From the NCBI RefSeq assembly GCF_036588685.1, contig NC_086382.1, forward strand, positions 52,576,001-52,640,000: a stretch of 64,000 bases of DNA, in the 5' to 3' direction. The position numbers and the translations under genes are program-made. This document shows positions 1 to 12,725 of the stretch, piece by piece; position 1 is the first letter of the stretch, and every line of letters begins with the position of its first letter. Below the pieces are notes generated by a model. That model was not told where the DNA came from. It ran no database searches and was given only the letters and a program-made list of their open reading frames with translations. Source of the DNA: Mytilus trossulus (Eukaryota).

Positions 1-1694
1 TATTATTGTGTATTTCTCTGTGTGCTGAGTGTTAAACTTTGTTTGAACTGTATTTCAGTCACGTAGTGTTGTATTTTTGTTGGTTTTTCTAACAGTGCCT
101 TCAAAGCGGGAGGTTTGACTATTCTTTAAACTAGGTTCAACCCACGATTTGTTTATAAAATGTCCAGTACAAAGTCAGAAGTATGGCAGTTGTTATGAAC
201 AATCCGTTTCTGTGTATGTTGGCGTTTGCTTCTGATGAAGTTCAGTGTTTCTGTTCTTTCGTTGTGAAAAAATGTTTACCTTTCCGTAGGACCTGATTTC
301 ACTCTCGGATTTGTTTCTTGCTATATCGAAATACGAATATTTAATTGGAAACGTGCGTCTGACGTACAAAAATTTAATATAGAATATATGATGAGTTTGA
401 TTACAACCACGTGATCAGTCTTATACCAAAGATTTATCTTGTAAAGATACACTGTTAATCTATAATGGTCATATTCGGATCATCCTTGTAAGTTCGTTGC
501 TATTTACCTATTGTTTTAGCTTTTGCGGCTAACCGATTTGAATAAAATATAAAGCAATTCTATGTTAATAGCAAAGTTATATATTGACTACGCAAAATTG
601 ACACTGAAATATATAGTGTAATATGTGAACGCAATTTTTTTTTCTCTCGAATGCTTCATTGGTTATTACATATGCTATTGAATTTATTTTGGATATACAT
701 GTAGTGTCACATATATATATTTGAAGGAAAACCTTGAGGTCACTATATTAAGCGTTAAGGTAATAGTTACTGAAACAGGTGGATATGTGTATAGCTTGCT
801 GTTCGGTGTGAGCCAATGCTCTGTGTTGAAGACGTACCTTGACATATAATGGTTTACTTTTATGAATTGTGACTTTGATGGAGAGTTCTCTGTCTCATTG
901 GCACTCATACCACAAATTTATATATCTATTAGTTCTATTTGGATCTCTATTACTACAATTCTACGAACTGTAAACTAAATCCACTGATAAAATTAGCAAA
1001 TTTATGACTAAAAAGTAGGGTTGAATGTTAACTAACGTATTTAACTTCACTACATTATAAAAAGTAAAATCCCAAAAATACCGAACTCCGAGGAACTTCA
1101 AACGAAAAGTCCATAATCATATTGCAAAATCAAAAACTGAAAAGAATAGACAACAACTATCATATTCATGACTTAGTACAATCAGTTTTGTATGTAGCAA
1201 ATGGTGAATTAAACCTATATGCGTTTCTTTGAAAGTAAAGAGCCAGTAAATCCGGGGTTGTCGATAGTTGCTGTGTCACATTTGCTGTATGCTTATAATT
1301 TTCACGTTTGAATTGTTCCATATTTGTTATATGTCATTTTATTTGTGATTATACAGCATATGTTCTACTTGTTGTCATTTGCTGACCGGCGAATTTGAAA
1401 TGCACCTTATAAACAGCTTACATCCATGCATGCAATTCGGACTCCAGTGGATGGTTGTCTCACTGGAAACTTAACACGAGTTCCTCACTCATATTTGACA
1501 ACTACTTATTTCATTTTACCAGTACTTTTATTTTATTACTATGCGAATAATTAAGAAAAATATTGATAGGACAGTAACTGTTGTTATAATATAAATTACT
1601 ATTTAAAACTTCGTTTCCTTGGAATGCTAAGCTGTGACTATGTTTTCTGGTGGAAGTTATAGCTAATTCAGTCTTAGAGTTGACCCTTATCTGA

Positions 1695-1975
1695 AACAAG
1701 TGATACCAGGTTTATAATGTGATACGCCAGACCCGCGGTTCGTCTAAAGTAGTTAGAAAACGTTTCGCCTTCAATAGTTAGAAAGCCAAACAAATACATA
1801 GTTAAGTGCATTAAACAACTAAAATCCAAAGAAATGACCCAAATACGGCTAAGGTAATCTATGCCTTGGATGAGAAAATCCTTTGTAATTCGAAAACTCA
1901 TACTTTTACAAACAGTAAATTTCTAAAAATAAATTGATCATATAATTGATATTCATGTCGACACTGAAGTGCTGT
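1695..1975 (-). mobile_element. Degenerate retrozyme copy
   Basis: Contains AAATACGGCTAAGGTAATCTATGCC and ATACGCCAGAC, the reverse complement of the unit; the hammerhead has decayed. Confidence 0.65.
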
Positions 1976-2639
1976 ACCAAGCCTGTCTCAAAAATATATA
2001 TTTGTAAGTGTTAATCAAACTCTCTGAATGTACTACAAAAAAAGTCAGAAGATACAAAATGATGAATGAAAAAGGGAAAAAACGAAGAAAACACATTAGA
2101 CACTCAACATAGAGCACTACACAAAAAGCTAAAAATCGAGAAAGAAACCATCAAAACCCAGAGGTAATATAAAGTGATATGTAATGGTTAGCATATCCTG
2201 CCTAAAATTTTGCAATGTTCGTGTTGATAATAGTAAGTATATAAGTTGCTATCGATGAAGTGAGGACGGACTGGAGAATGGCATCAACCATTGAAACAAA
2301 TATGTGTTTAGCTGTGACATCGATAATCCATCACGATATAACTAATGTTGGCGCCAATTAAACTTCGAACGGGTTGACTTCAACTTTACAATTTTAAAGT
2401 TAACACCAAAGTAGCAATTATTTATCAAGAAAAACATAATTTGAAACACATGATCTAAAATATTGTAGGAGATAAAAACTTTTTATGCAAGCGCTGCTGG
2501 TATGGGATGCTGTTACAAAAAAAAGTTTAAATTCTGAAATCATCTCTTTTGTAGTTAAAATCATTTTTTAGATGCTAGTCAAATTACTATTTAGAATAAC
2601 TGTATATGACATGTGATTCCTTTTATTTTATTCACAGCT

Positions 2640-2765
2640 TAGTACTCTATTTGGTTTTGGCTTTTTAAAATATTTTATTCGAGTGTCACTGATGAGTCTT
2701 TTTGTAGAAGAAACGTGTGTTTGACATAAAAACATTTAATTATGGTTTCTATTGTAAATTTATTT
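2640..2765 (+). mobile_element. Degenerate retrozyme 3' fragment with diverged hammerhead (2683-2727)
   Basis: GTGTCA-CTGATGA-GTCTTTTTGTAGAA-GAAAC-GTGT-GTT-TGACAT; stem I still pairs through compensatory changes, stem II is mismatched. Confidence 0.65.
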
Positions 2766-4815
2766 CCATGTGAAAGGAAGGTTTTGATAACAATAAAACC
2801 AGGTTCGACCCAACATTTTTTTCTTAAAATGTCCTGTACCAAATAAGAAATATGGCAGTTTTAATCAAATAGTCCGTTTCTTTGTATATAGGTCTTTTTT
2901 TCGGTGCAGTTTATTGTTTCTGTCGATCCTTTGTTTTTCTCTTATATGTTATGGGATTTCCACATTTTTTGTTTGTAACCCAACTTTGTTTTTTCTTTTT
3001 CTCCGGAACTTATTTTCTGATAGACTTATTTTGCATAATGGTCCTTAGGACTCAAGAAACACATTTTAATTTATTGTCTTTTATTTTTTCAAGTTTATGG
3101 TCGGCTGAAAACTAAATATTAGAACTACATAGATGCTTTCAATTGTCTCGTTTTGCATTTTTACATTTCTAAGTAGCAATATTTATAAAGGAACTAAATA
3201 TTGAATACGTACATTTTTGTACTTGTTCTTTAAAGTTGATACGGTATTCCGGGTGGGTGTTATCTGTTTAGATATTTTTTTCAAGTTGACGCTTTCCATT
3301 AAATTATGTTGATTGTTTTTTAATTGTAACCTTTTAAATGTTGTTTTAATTTTTTCTTTGTAATCTTTTAGCACACAAATACATCAAATGTACAGAAAAT
3401 ACATGATTGACAAATAGAACAAAGTTTTGGAGACGGCAAACTTATTTCTTTTTAAAGTCCTTTTACAAGAAACCAATTTGAAGTGGCTGATTTTGTTCGG
3501 CGCCTTCTTAAAAATAAGTGAAAAAAATGTGTTTCTTCAAATTTTTACATAATCAGATTCATTGTGTAAATCACAATGATGTTTAAAGAGGTTGTTAAAA
3601 TTTTTTACAAATATAATAAAAAAAACATTAACGCGCGTGATTGGTAAATGTACAATGTACATTAGTACTTGCCATCCAAATTTACAATGTAGTTTGTGAA
3701 AATCAATCGTTTCCATTGAGTATAGTGATAAACATTTTAATATTAATTTAAAAAAAAAAGTTTAAAATTGTTTTACAGAATAAGTTATACTACTTCATCG
3801 TTCTAGTTGTAAGGTATAATCCCTGACATTTTTTTAGTGATTATGCATAAATGCTGAAATATGTTAAGGATTGTATATAATTACTAAAGTTGTCAGTGAT
3901 AATACATAATTTCTTTAAATTTCAGGAAGTATTCATAATCACAAATTATACACATGTAACTTATGTATCCTTGGTTTTTCAATTTTTGGTTATGAGCGTT
4001 TCGGTAAAACAACAAATGTAAAGCACTTAGAACGCACGGAATTTATTTTAGTGTTATTTTCAATGCCTAGACACATTCAGAGAGAAAAAAATAGCGACTT
4101 GCATTACAATGGGCTTTTTATATAACGCAATAGATGTTCTTCCGAGTTTGACTTCACTGTGTATATCCGTTAAGCAATAGTGTTTCTAAACTAAAAGGAT
4201 GAGTAGGTACAAATAATGGAGTTATATTCGTCTTTGATACATTATGTAAACTTTTGAAATCTCATAAACATGTTTAACCCCGCCGCAATTTTGCGCCTGT
4301 CCCAAGTCAGGAGCCTCTGGCCTTTGTTAGTCTTGTATGATTTTTAATTTTAGTATCTTGTGTGTAATTCAGAGTTTAGTATGACGTCCATTATCACTGT
4401 ACTAGTATGCATATGCTTTAGGGGCCAGCTGAAGGACACCTACGGGTGCGGGAATTCTCGATATATTGAAGACCCATTGGTAGCCTTCGGCTGTTGTCTG
4501 CTCTATGGTCGGGTGGTTGTCGCTTTGACAAATTCACCATTTCCTTTCTCAATTTTATTTTGACAAGTTTTGTTAACGCTGTGAAAATAAAGAAATAATA
4601 TCATATCAAAGTTTCGAAATATCATTTTTCGACGAGTATAAGTATTTCTAAAAGATTGGGTACAAATAGTGTACAATTATAAAATATTTGCAGATTTAAC
4701 ATTGAACAGTTTTACTTCCTTTCTTATCATCAATTTGTATTTAAGTAACATCGAGTCAGTTACCAAAGAATTTAATTTAGTTCTGTAAAACGTTCGTGTT
4801 GTTTACCGTATAACG

Positions 4816-7800
4816 ATGATTTTGTGTTGGGTTCTCGTTTTTCTACAACAAATATGGATAACTACGGGATCAAAAGGAGAGTGAGTATTTTTATTTCTTT
4901 ACCAATCATCATCTCAAAATCTGGAATGAAGATTTTAATATTACTGAAACAACTTTAAAATTAAGAAATAATTCATGGGGGCTTGAATCTATCGTTATTT
5001 TACCACGGGTTGGCCCTTTATGACAAATATTTTACCCTGAGCGATAGCGAGGGGTAAGATATCGGCATAAAGGGACAACCCGTGGTAAAATCTAGATATA
5101 TTCAAGCCCCCATGAATTATTTCGATTCTAATAGGACAAATACGGCATTTTTGTAGATCGAAGCGCTCTAGGTGGAGGCCATTATTTGCCGTTCCCATAC
5201 ATTAACCCTCTTGCTGCCGACCGTTTTTCAAGGTTGCATTTCATATGCCGGAAAATACGACAGCTCAACGTCTGTGACGTAAAATGCCAAACAACGACGT
5301 CATTCGATATATGACGTCACGACATGATGACCACTACATTTGGGACCCATTGGAGAAAAACATAACCCTGTTTAATATTTGGTATTTTATTTGAAAGAGA
5401 TACAGCATTGATGAGAAGATTGCATAAATTTATCCATGGACATATGTGTCCCTCCGGCACTGCCGGTTTGGACATATGTGTCCCTCCGGCAGCAAGAGGG
5501 TTAACGCACTTTTAGATTGGCGTACTCAAAGCGTTTGTAACATTCTAACATGACGTCCTTCAAACGCTTTGAGTACACACCCGTGGTAAAATATGAATAT
5601 ATTGCATTGGCTGTTCCGATCGTACTCCCACGTCATATGTTTTTTTCATGAATGAAGTACACGACGTCATAGAATGATGACGTTATAATTTAAGCATTTT
5701 ACGGGAAAATACACGCTTTTGATACCGAATATCATCACAACAAGGAAACGTAAACAAACGATGCTAAAATGTGGTATAAGCCCATCTTTTATATACATAG
5801 AAGACATATAAGTAAGTTATCATTAAAATTCATCCAAATCTATCTAAATAAGTTTTGTGAATAGTTTGAGCATGTCACTTATTTTGTTTGCTCCGTTCTT
5901 TTACGCCAATTTAAAAGTGCGTTAATTTATGGGAACGGCAAATAATGGCCTCCACCTAGAGCGCTTCGATCTACAAAAAATGCCGTATTTGTCCTATTAG
6001 AATCGAAATAATTCATGGGGGCTTGAATATATCTAGATTTTACCACGGGTTGTCCCTTTATGCCGATATTTTACCCCTCGCTATCGCTCAGGGTAAAATA
6101 TTTGTCATAAAGGGCCAACCCGTGGTAAAATAACGATATATTCAAGCCCCCATGAATTATTTCTTAAATAATATGAAGTGAAGGAAATGTAAAATGCATG
6201 ACTTTGTAAAACCATTAATATGAATTAACTTTTTCTGTTTGATATACCATTACTTTTAAGTTATATTGTGATTTTAGGGTATTGCAAATGAATTTTCCAA
6301 GTATAACAGTAGCTGCACAAGAAAAGGGAAATTTAACAGCTGAGGTAAATACAATACTGCTAGCTTCAGGTAAAACAGTATATATAGTTAAACTTTATAT
6401 TGCTTCATAGATTCTTTCTGAATTTTTAGCCTGACGTCCTTCTTGTATTAGTTTCTAATAAAAAAATTATGCAGTAAGGTTTATTTATATTTAATTGTGT
6501 TTACGTATAAGTCTGTAAATAAAATCTTTGATTTTGTAATTTCAGTCCGGACTAAATGGAGATATCCACATCAATCCAGGAAATGGTACAGGGACTGTCT
6601 ATTTTGAAGGAATCGATTTATTAGAGATAGTGAAGGTATGTGCAGGGTCAAGTTGATGTGTTATCAGTTTTTTTTCTCTTTTTTATGTTTTTCTGTTGTT
6701 GTTTTTTTTTATATCTATATGAAAAACTTTATCACTCAAACATTGTTACAAAGTTTTCAAATAAAGCCTTAATTCTACATGATATCAAAAGTTTCATTCA
6801 GTTTGTGAGTAAATGTACTGTTTGTGCAGAACGTATCTAGTTCGAACTAAATATTTGTCAACGACTTCAAAATTTCTTCAACAATGAAATACCATTACTA
6901 TGAATTACTCATTCCCATTTACTATTTCAGATTGTGTACAGTCTACCGCCAATTTGGATAAACCATTCTCATGTAGGTTTTGTTGGAACGTATGAAGGCG
7001 GTAAAGAGGTCGATATACCGTTGAAAGTCAAGGTTGGCATTTTACTTCATGTTTTTGTTTCTAAAGTGAAAAGTAATGAAATAGCACAGTAAATAGAGTT
7101 ATGAATATTAAGTGTCATATATTTTTCTCCTCCCCCTACCCCGAAAAAAATTACCGCCATCTTCATATTCTTAGAATATATACTGTTTTAATACTAACTG
7201 TATTAAATTGCAATGATATCTTCTTTCAGGAACCATCAGGAGGAAAAATAAGATTTAGCCTTGTCGCTGGAGATTTCCCTCCCGGAATACATCTTGAATC
7301 AGATCGAAGTAGGATATATGGTATAGCACCAGACGTTGATGCTCAGTATAGCTTTACTATACGTGCTACTGGATCTCGGGGGATGTTTGAAGATGCAGTT
7401 TTTAAAATGGAAACTATCGGTGAGGACATGTTTTTTTTCCGGTTTGACAACCAAACATAAAGCATATCACAGCTAGATATTTTTAGTTTTACCATTATTA
7501 TTTTTTGTGGGAAATACATCACAACTTAATAGATTAAGGAAAAACATCATGATGCAGATTAAGCTTGTCGTCTACAAGGTTCCTGGCATAATTTTTTTTC
7601 GTTGTGACAATAAAAACATGAATAACTGGGCTAAATATTTTTAGCTTTTACTATTATCATTTTTCAAGGATTAAGGGAGATGTTGGATATACATCAAGAA
7701 GAAAGGAAACGAAAAACAAAAACAAAAACAAAAACACAGTGAAGATTGTTAGTAGTTGTGGTGGTCTTTTGAAATATATTTTTATTTATTTTCAATGTTT

Positions 7801-10274
7801 AAATTATTCTTTATATTTATTAGGAGAGGTTGAAATATTGTCTATGACAAAATACAAATGTCTCAACAATATTTCAAACTCTTCATATATAGCACGAGGT
7901 TGTGGTAGCTTTTGGATAAAATATTAATAATGTGTATGTTTGCATGCACCAGTTATCTTTATTTAATATATATATTGCTTTTTACAGAGTTGCAGCATTG
8001 TCAATATGAACCTTGTCATAATGGTGCTGTATGTAACGAGACAAATGTCGGTAAAGGATACGAATGCGTGTGTGCCGATTTCTACGGAGGGAAAGATTGC
8101 AGTACAGGTACACTGTACATCACATTCCGTTTACCTTCAATAATATAAAAGTTTTGACATATTTGTCTATCAAACAATGACAAAATCAACCCTCTTAATT
8201 TCATAAATACCCTGTACTCATAACTTGATACCTGTTGTAGCCTTAATATATCCTTATCTATAGAGGTTAGTAGATGTTAGAAGATTTGGTATTAGTGCCA
8301 ATGAGACAACTCTCCATCCAAGAACAATTTTTAAAAAGTAAACCATTGTAGGTCAAAGTACGGCCTTCAACACAGAGCCTTCAAACAAAGTTGTCTCATC
8401 CCGAACAGGAAGCTACAAAGGGTCCCAAAAATCTCTATGTATGTAGTAGAGAATATGATTTTTTTTCTACATCATACTTCTATAAACGTTTTCAAAAATA
8501 GACAAAAACTATCAATTCTACAAATTCAAATAAATTATAAAAGCATTAAGACAATCAAATTAACACATTTGTTCCTGTTGGGTTCATTTCAGATTGTAGA
8601 CAGAGTGAGGTAGGCGTTTCTCTTCCTTCAAAAATCCCAGATGCTCAACTGTCGGCATATCTTTCTCACGAAATGTCAAATGCTACTGAAGCTCGTCTTG
8701 ACAGTGAAGAAAAGGGTTGGTGTGGAGAAAATGCGAATTCCTGGCTTCAGGTCGATCTAGGTAAATATTTTGATCACTTTCATTATTTCAATTACTATTG
8801 TTCTTTTTCATTTTATGAAATATGTTTTGAAATCAATCTTAGAGCAAACAGCACACTTTTAGTTTTTACAAAAATGAAATATTTTGTTTTACTTTTTTCA
8901 GTTGTACATTTGTTTCTTTCATTGAACTTAATGACATTGTTAAGATTTCTTTTTCTGTAGTTTACGTTCAGGTTGCATTTCACCGAATAAAGAGAATACT
9001 ATTTAAATCATATTAACATGTGCAATAATATAAGTAAAGATAAGCATCAATTTAAAACGATGAAAATGATTCTGATTCTTGCATAAGAATTACAACTTAA
9101 TGAAAAATAGTGTCATATATGAAATAAAAAAAAAATATCCTCTTTTCAAAAGTTAAATTTAGAATATTATTACTATGTGAAAACATATATTTTATTTTCC
9201 AGGTAACCGTTCTAAGATAGCTGGTGTTACTATGTTCGGCTACAACACCCAGTATCTGACAGAATCCTTCCAATTATCGGTCAGCACGGACGGTCAACAT
9301 TTTCAATTTATTAAAAATGGGACCTCACCTATCGTAAGCATACATTTTCTTTCAGACTTATGATACTGGGGCTATTCTGTGTTGATTATAGGAATAAACG
9401 CCTTTTAAAAGGGATTTATTGGTGTATAAACTCGAACAATTCACTCACAAACAAATAAAAGTCTATGATGATATGTTAACGTTTACTTAATACACCAATA
9501 AATTCCTTTTAAAAGGCGTTTTATCCTTAGAATTCTAAGTTAGATATAGGGAGTATATTGTTCCACACTCATTACCTCTATCACACGTAAATTGAAGATT
9601 TATGTCATTGAATAGGCCTGGCGCATGACTATACTTGTTGGTTGACGCAAACATATGTACTCAATGAAATTTGCTCTCTGATAAAAAGTTAACTGCCAAA
9701 ACTCTTATTATAATAATTTACTTTCATCTAGAAAATATGTTTGTCAAATATTGTGGATTCTTAAATATTCGTGGTACTCCAATTTTCGTTCATTTTGTGT
9801 TTACCGGTGAACCACGAATTTAAATGTTCAATGAGGCACAAGTGTTCTATATGCTTGTTTGCAGAACTTAATAAAAACACAAAATCAGATATCTACGAAA
9901 ACACAAAGTTTCATCAATTAACGAAAATTGGTACACAGAAAAATAATAAATCCACTGAACTTCATGATAAGTCATGTGTACACATTTATGTTCAGACTGT
10001 TTAATTTGTACATAGTTTTACCATTAAGAGATTGGTAATATTCTTCTGAAAACATTTATATAATTAAGAGATTGGTAATATTCTTCTGAAAACATTTATA
10101 TAATTAAAAAGAACTTTTTTTCATTTTTTTCAGGTTTTCCCCGGTCGATCTGGAAGACTGTATTCTAGCTTACAGGATGTTACTACTGCCAGATTTATTA
10201 GATTTCACCCGTATTCATACAATGCTAAATATGTTCCATGTATGAAAGTTGAACTATACGGATGTGTTTTGTAA
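4816..10274 (+). CDS. Paralog 1: secreted protein, SP + cubilin-NTD-like beta-helix + He_PIG/cadherin-like Ig + EGF + F5/8 type C (357 aa, 9 exons)
   Basis: Manually spliced exons 4816-4880, 6278-6344, 6546-6635, 6931-7032, 7230-7419, 7988-8107, 8593-8760, 9203-9333, 10134-10274. All introns are GT-AG with compatible phases (2,0,0,0,1,1,1,0), giving a 1074-nt open frame. MILCWVLVFLQQIWITTG..; ..NGDIHINPGNGTGTVYF..; LPPIW..GDFPPGIHL..YSFTIRATG..; EGF CQYEPCHNGAVC..YECVC..GGKDC; F5/8C IPDAQLSA..ARLD..GWC..WLQVDLG..ARFIRFHP..CMKVELYGC. Exon sizes match the two paralogs. Confidence 0.9.
4961..6167. mobile_element. Foldback/MITE with ~265-bp terminal inverted repeats, flanked by TTAA, in intron 1 of paralog 1
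   Basis: 4961-5205 plus 5505-5524 is the near-perfect reverse complement of ~5903-6167. Each arm begins with its own ~160-bp imperfect palindrome (4965-5123; 6005-6163). Confidence 0.9.
5206..5500. mobile_element. piggyBac-type non-autonomous element nested in the foldback element
   Basis: TTAA|CCCTCTTGCTGCCG...CGGCAGCAAGAGGG|TTAA: 14-bp TIRs, CCC/GGG ends, TTAA duplication, and a duplicated subterminal GGACATATGTGTCCCTCCGGCA. Confidence 0.9.
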
Positions 10275-11520
10275 TTTTATCATTGCAATATAACTATATA
10301 AATCCACTGCGTATCATGTATTTACTTTTGTTTTATTTCAATTACTATAAACAAACTATTGACGGGATGTATAAGTACCCGGCAACGTCTAATTGTACTT
10401 TTGTCCATCTGATGAGTTAAGCCTATGACAACTGATTTTTATAGTGCATTCTTATGTTGTACTGTTATACCACTGTCCTATGTTAGGGGAGGGTTGGGAT
10501 CCCGCTAACATGTTTAACCCCGCCACATTATTTATGGATGTGCCTGTCAAAAGTCAGGAGCCTGTAATTCAGTGGTTGTCGTTTGTTTATGTGTGACATA
10601 TTTGTACTTCGTTCATTCTTTTATATGAATGGGACCGTTAGTTTTCTCGTTTGAATTGTTTTACATTGTCATATCAGGACCTTTTATAGCTGACTATGCG
10701 GTATGGGCTTTCCTCGTTGTTGAAGGCCGAGCGGTGGGTGAACTATAGTTGTCAATGTTTGTGTCATTTTGGTCTCCTGTGGTCAGTTGTCTCAATGGCA
10801 ATCATACCACATCTTCTTTTTTATATACCAAGAATACATCTAGAAAATACAATTCATTTTTTTGAAAATATCTCTGTAAAAGATTTCGATTGAGGCAAAT
10901 AAATATCTTATCGAATGTCTTAGAATCTCGCTACAATAGAAATATTTATTAATCTTCAACACCAAACGATAACGGATTACTTCAACCAATTTTGCAACAA
11001 CACCGACTTGCATGTGAAAAACAGAATTAATGAAATATCGAAAACAAAAACAGACCCTTTGGCATTAAAAACATGAGTGAAACGGGGTTTTTTTTGTAAA
11101 AGTTTGTGTCATTACTTACAAGTAAGCTGTGCGAGTTGTATAAATCCGGACGGATTCAAGACGTGAACAGTTTGTGTTATCTCTGAATGCATAGGTGACC
11201 TGGGTTGAGTTCAATATCGTATCAGCTACGTAGTGCTATGCATATTTTGACTATTGAGCGTGTAGCTATAGACTAGTTGTTACATATATATTGATAGCGA
11301 TATTGAACTCAACCCTGCTGGCGACACGTACGCACCTATCCCTACTTTTTTCTACTGGCAGTCAAATTTTCCCGAATCTATGCTGATTGACCAATAACAT
11401 GGCGAATTTGTAATTTGTTTTTGTCATGAATCTGCTTGAAAATTTGCAACAGGACGTTAAGCAAATCAGTAAATAACAAAACTACATAACCTACTGACAT
11501 GACTTTTTGTCTTCTTTGTT

Positions 11521-11770
11521 TTTGACAAAAGAGATTAGTTCAGCTTCCAAACTTTCCATTTCTATGTATCAAATATTCCAGCTACACTTGCATATGTAGT
11601 ACAAGTATATATCTCCCAATTAATACGATATGCCAGAGCGTAAATGTCCCATCAATACTATCTTGATGGAGGAGTGTTGCTTAGGGGTAAGCTTTCGACC
11701 AAAGAGTTCTAATATAAGTTGTGAAGCTGAAATTAACTGTTAAAATTTACGGAAGGCGTCACTAGTTACA
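11521..11770 (+). mobile_element. Penelope-like element RT C-terminal remnant
   Basis: Frameshifted translation FDKRD*FSF..NFPFLC..NIPATLAY..VYISQLIRYARA matches the remembered YDKRDDF..NFPFL.SNIP...AYGVYISQLIRYARAC motif. A similar, more decayed copy lies on the minus strand at ~2300-2570. Confidence 0.6.
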
Positions 11771-12725
11771 GATGACGACGGATATTTTGTAACTATCCCG
11801 TCCTGTTTTCATCAAATGTGACCTGCCAAATAAGATTTATTATCGTATTTTTTACTAGATAAGCAACATGACGAAGGTCAAATAAGAAGCAGAATATAAC
11901 TACTATTCCGAAGTACCTGCTAAAACCCCGGGTGTTTTTAGGGTTTGTGTTGTTCAGTCTTTGGTTTGCATTGTGTTTTTTGTGTACTCCCTGTTTTTGT
12001 CGATTTTCGTTGTTTACAATTTCTGAGTTTTAATGCCATTTTGGTTTGGAATTATCGCCTCTTTTTTAAAGACCTAAATATTAATGAGATATCTGCTACT
12101 CGATTTTGATCAAATAACACAATACTACATTGTATGCATTTTTGAAAAAAAAACAAGGAAAAAACTCTTTTAGAATCATCATGGTATAGATAAGCGTTTA
12201 CAATTAATGATGTTCCTACGGATATTTTTTATCCCTGTGTTCGTATGGAATGGTTTTTTTTACATATTTTATCTCACGATGAAGAAGAAACATTGTCATG
12301 TCACAAATTAAGAATGAATTTGGTGCAAATAGATAAAAGTACGACCTACAACACGGAGCCATGGCTCACAACAAACAGCAAGCTATAAAGGGCCCCAAAA
12401 TGACTAGTGTAAGACAATTCAAACAGAAAATCCAATGGTCGAATCTATATAAAAAAAAAGAAAAATGAAAAAGCCTTATGAATCACATCAACAAACAACC
12501 ACAGGTTTCTGACTCAGAACCGGTGTAAACAAAAACAGCTGATTTTAACATTTTCACAAACGCCAACATTCACTCTAGTGATTGTAGTGTAGCATTGCAA
12601 CATAAAAAAGACACACAAATTGTTTTCAGTTTTAAGATAAACACTGGTTTGAAAAATTAACAAAATCAAAGACATGATAACTAAATGTTAATGATTCATT
12701 TATTAAACAAATTCAACATAAACTG

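Noticed and set aside
7101-7460. Stand-alone bacterial or phage He_PIG ORFs (also 14902-15132 and 25376-25606) suggesting contamination or a prophage
   Set aside because: Each is a 190-nt exon bounded by AG/GT sites and in phase with flanking exons; the surrounding DNA is full of host repeats.
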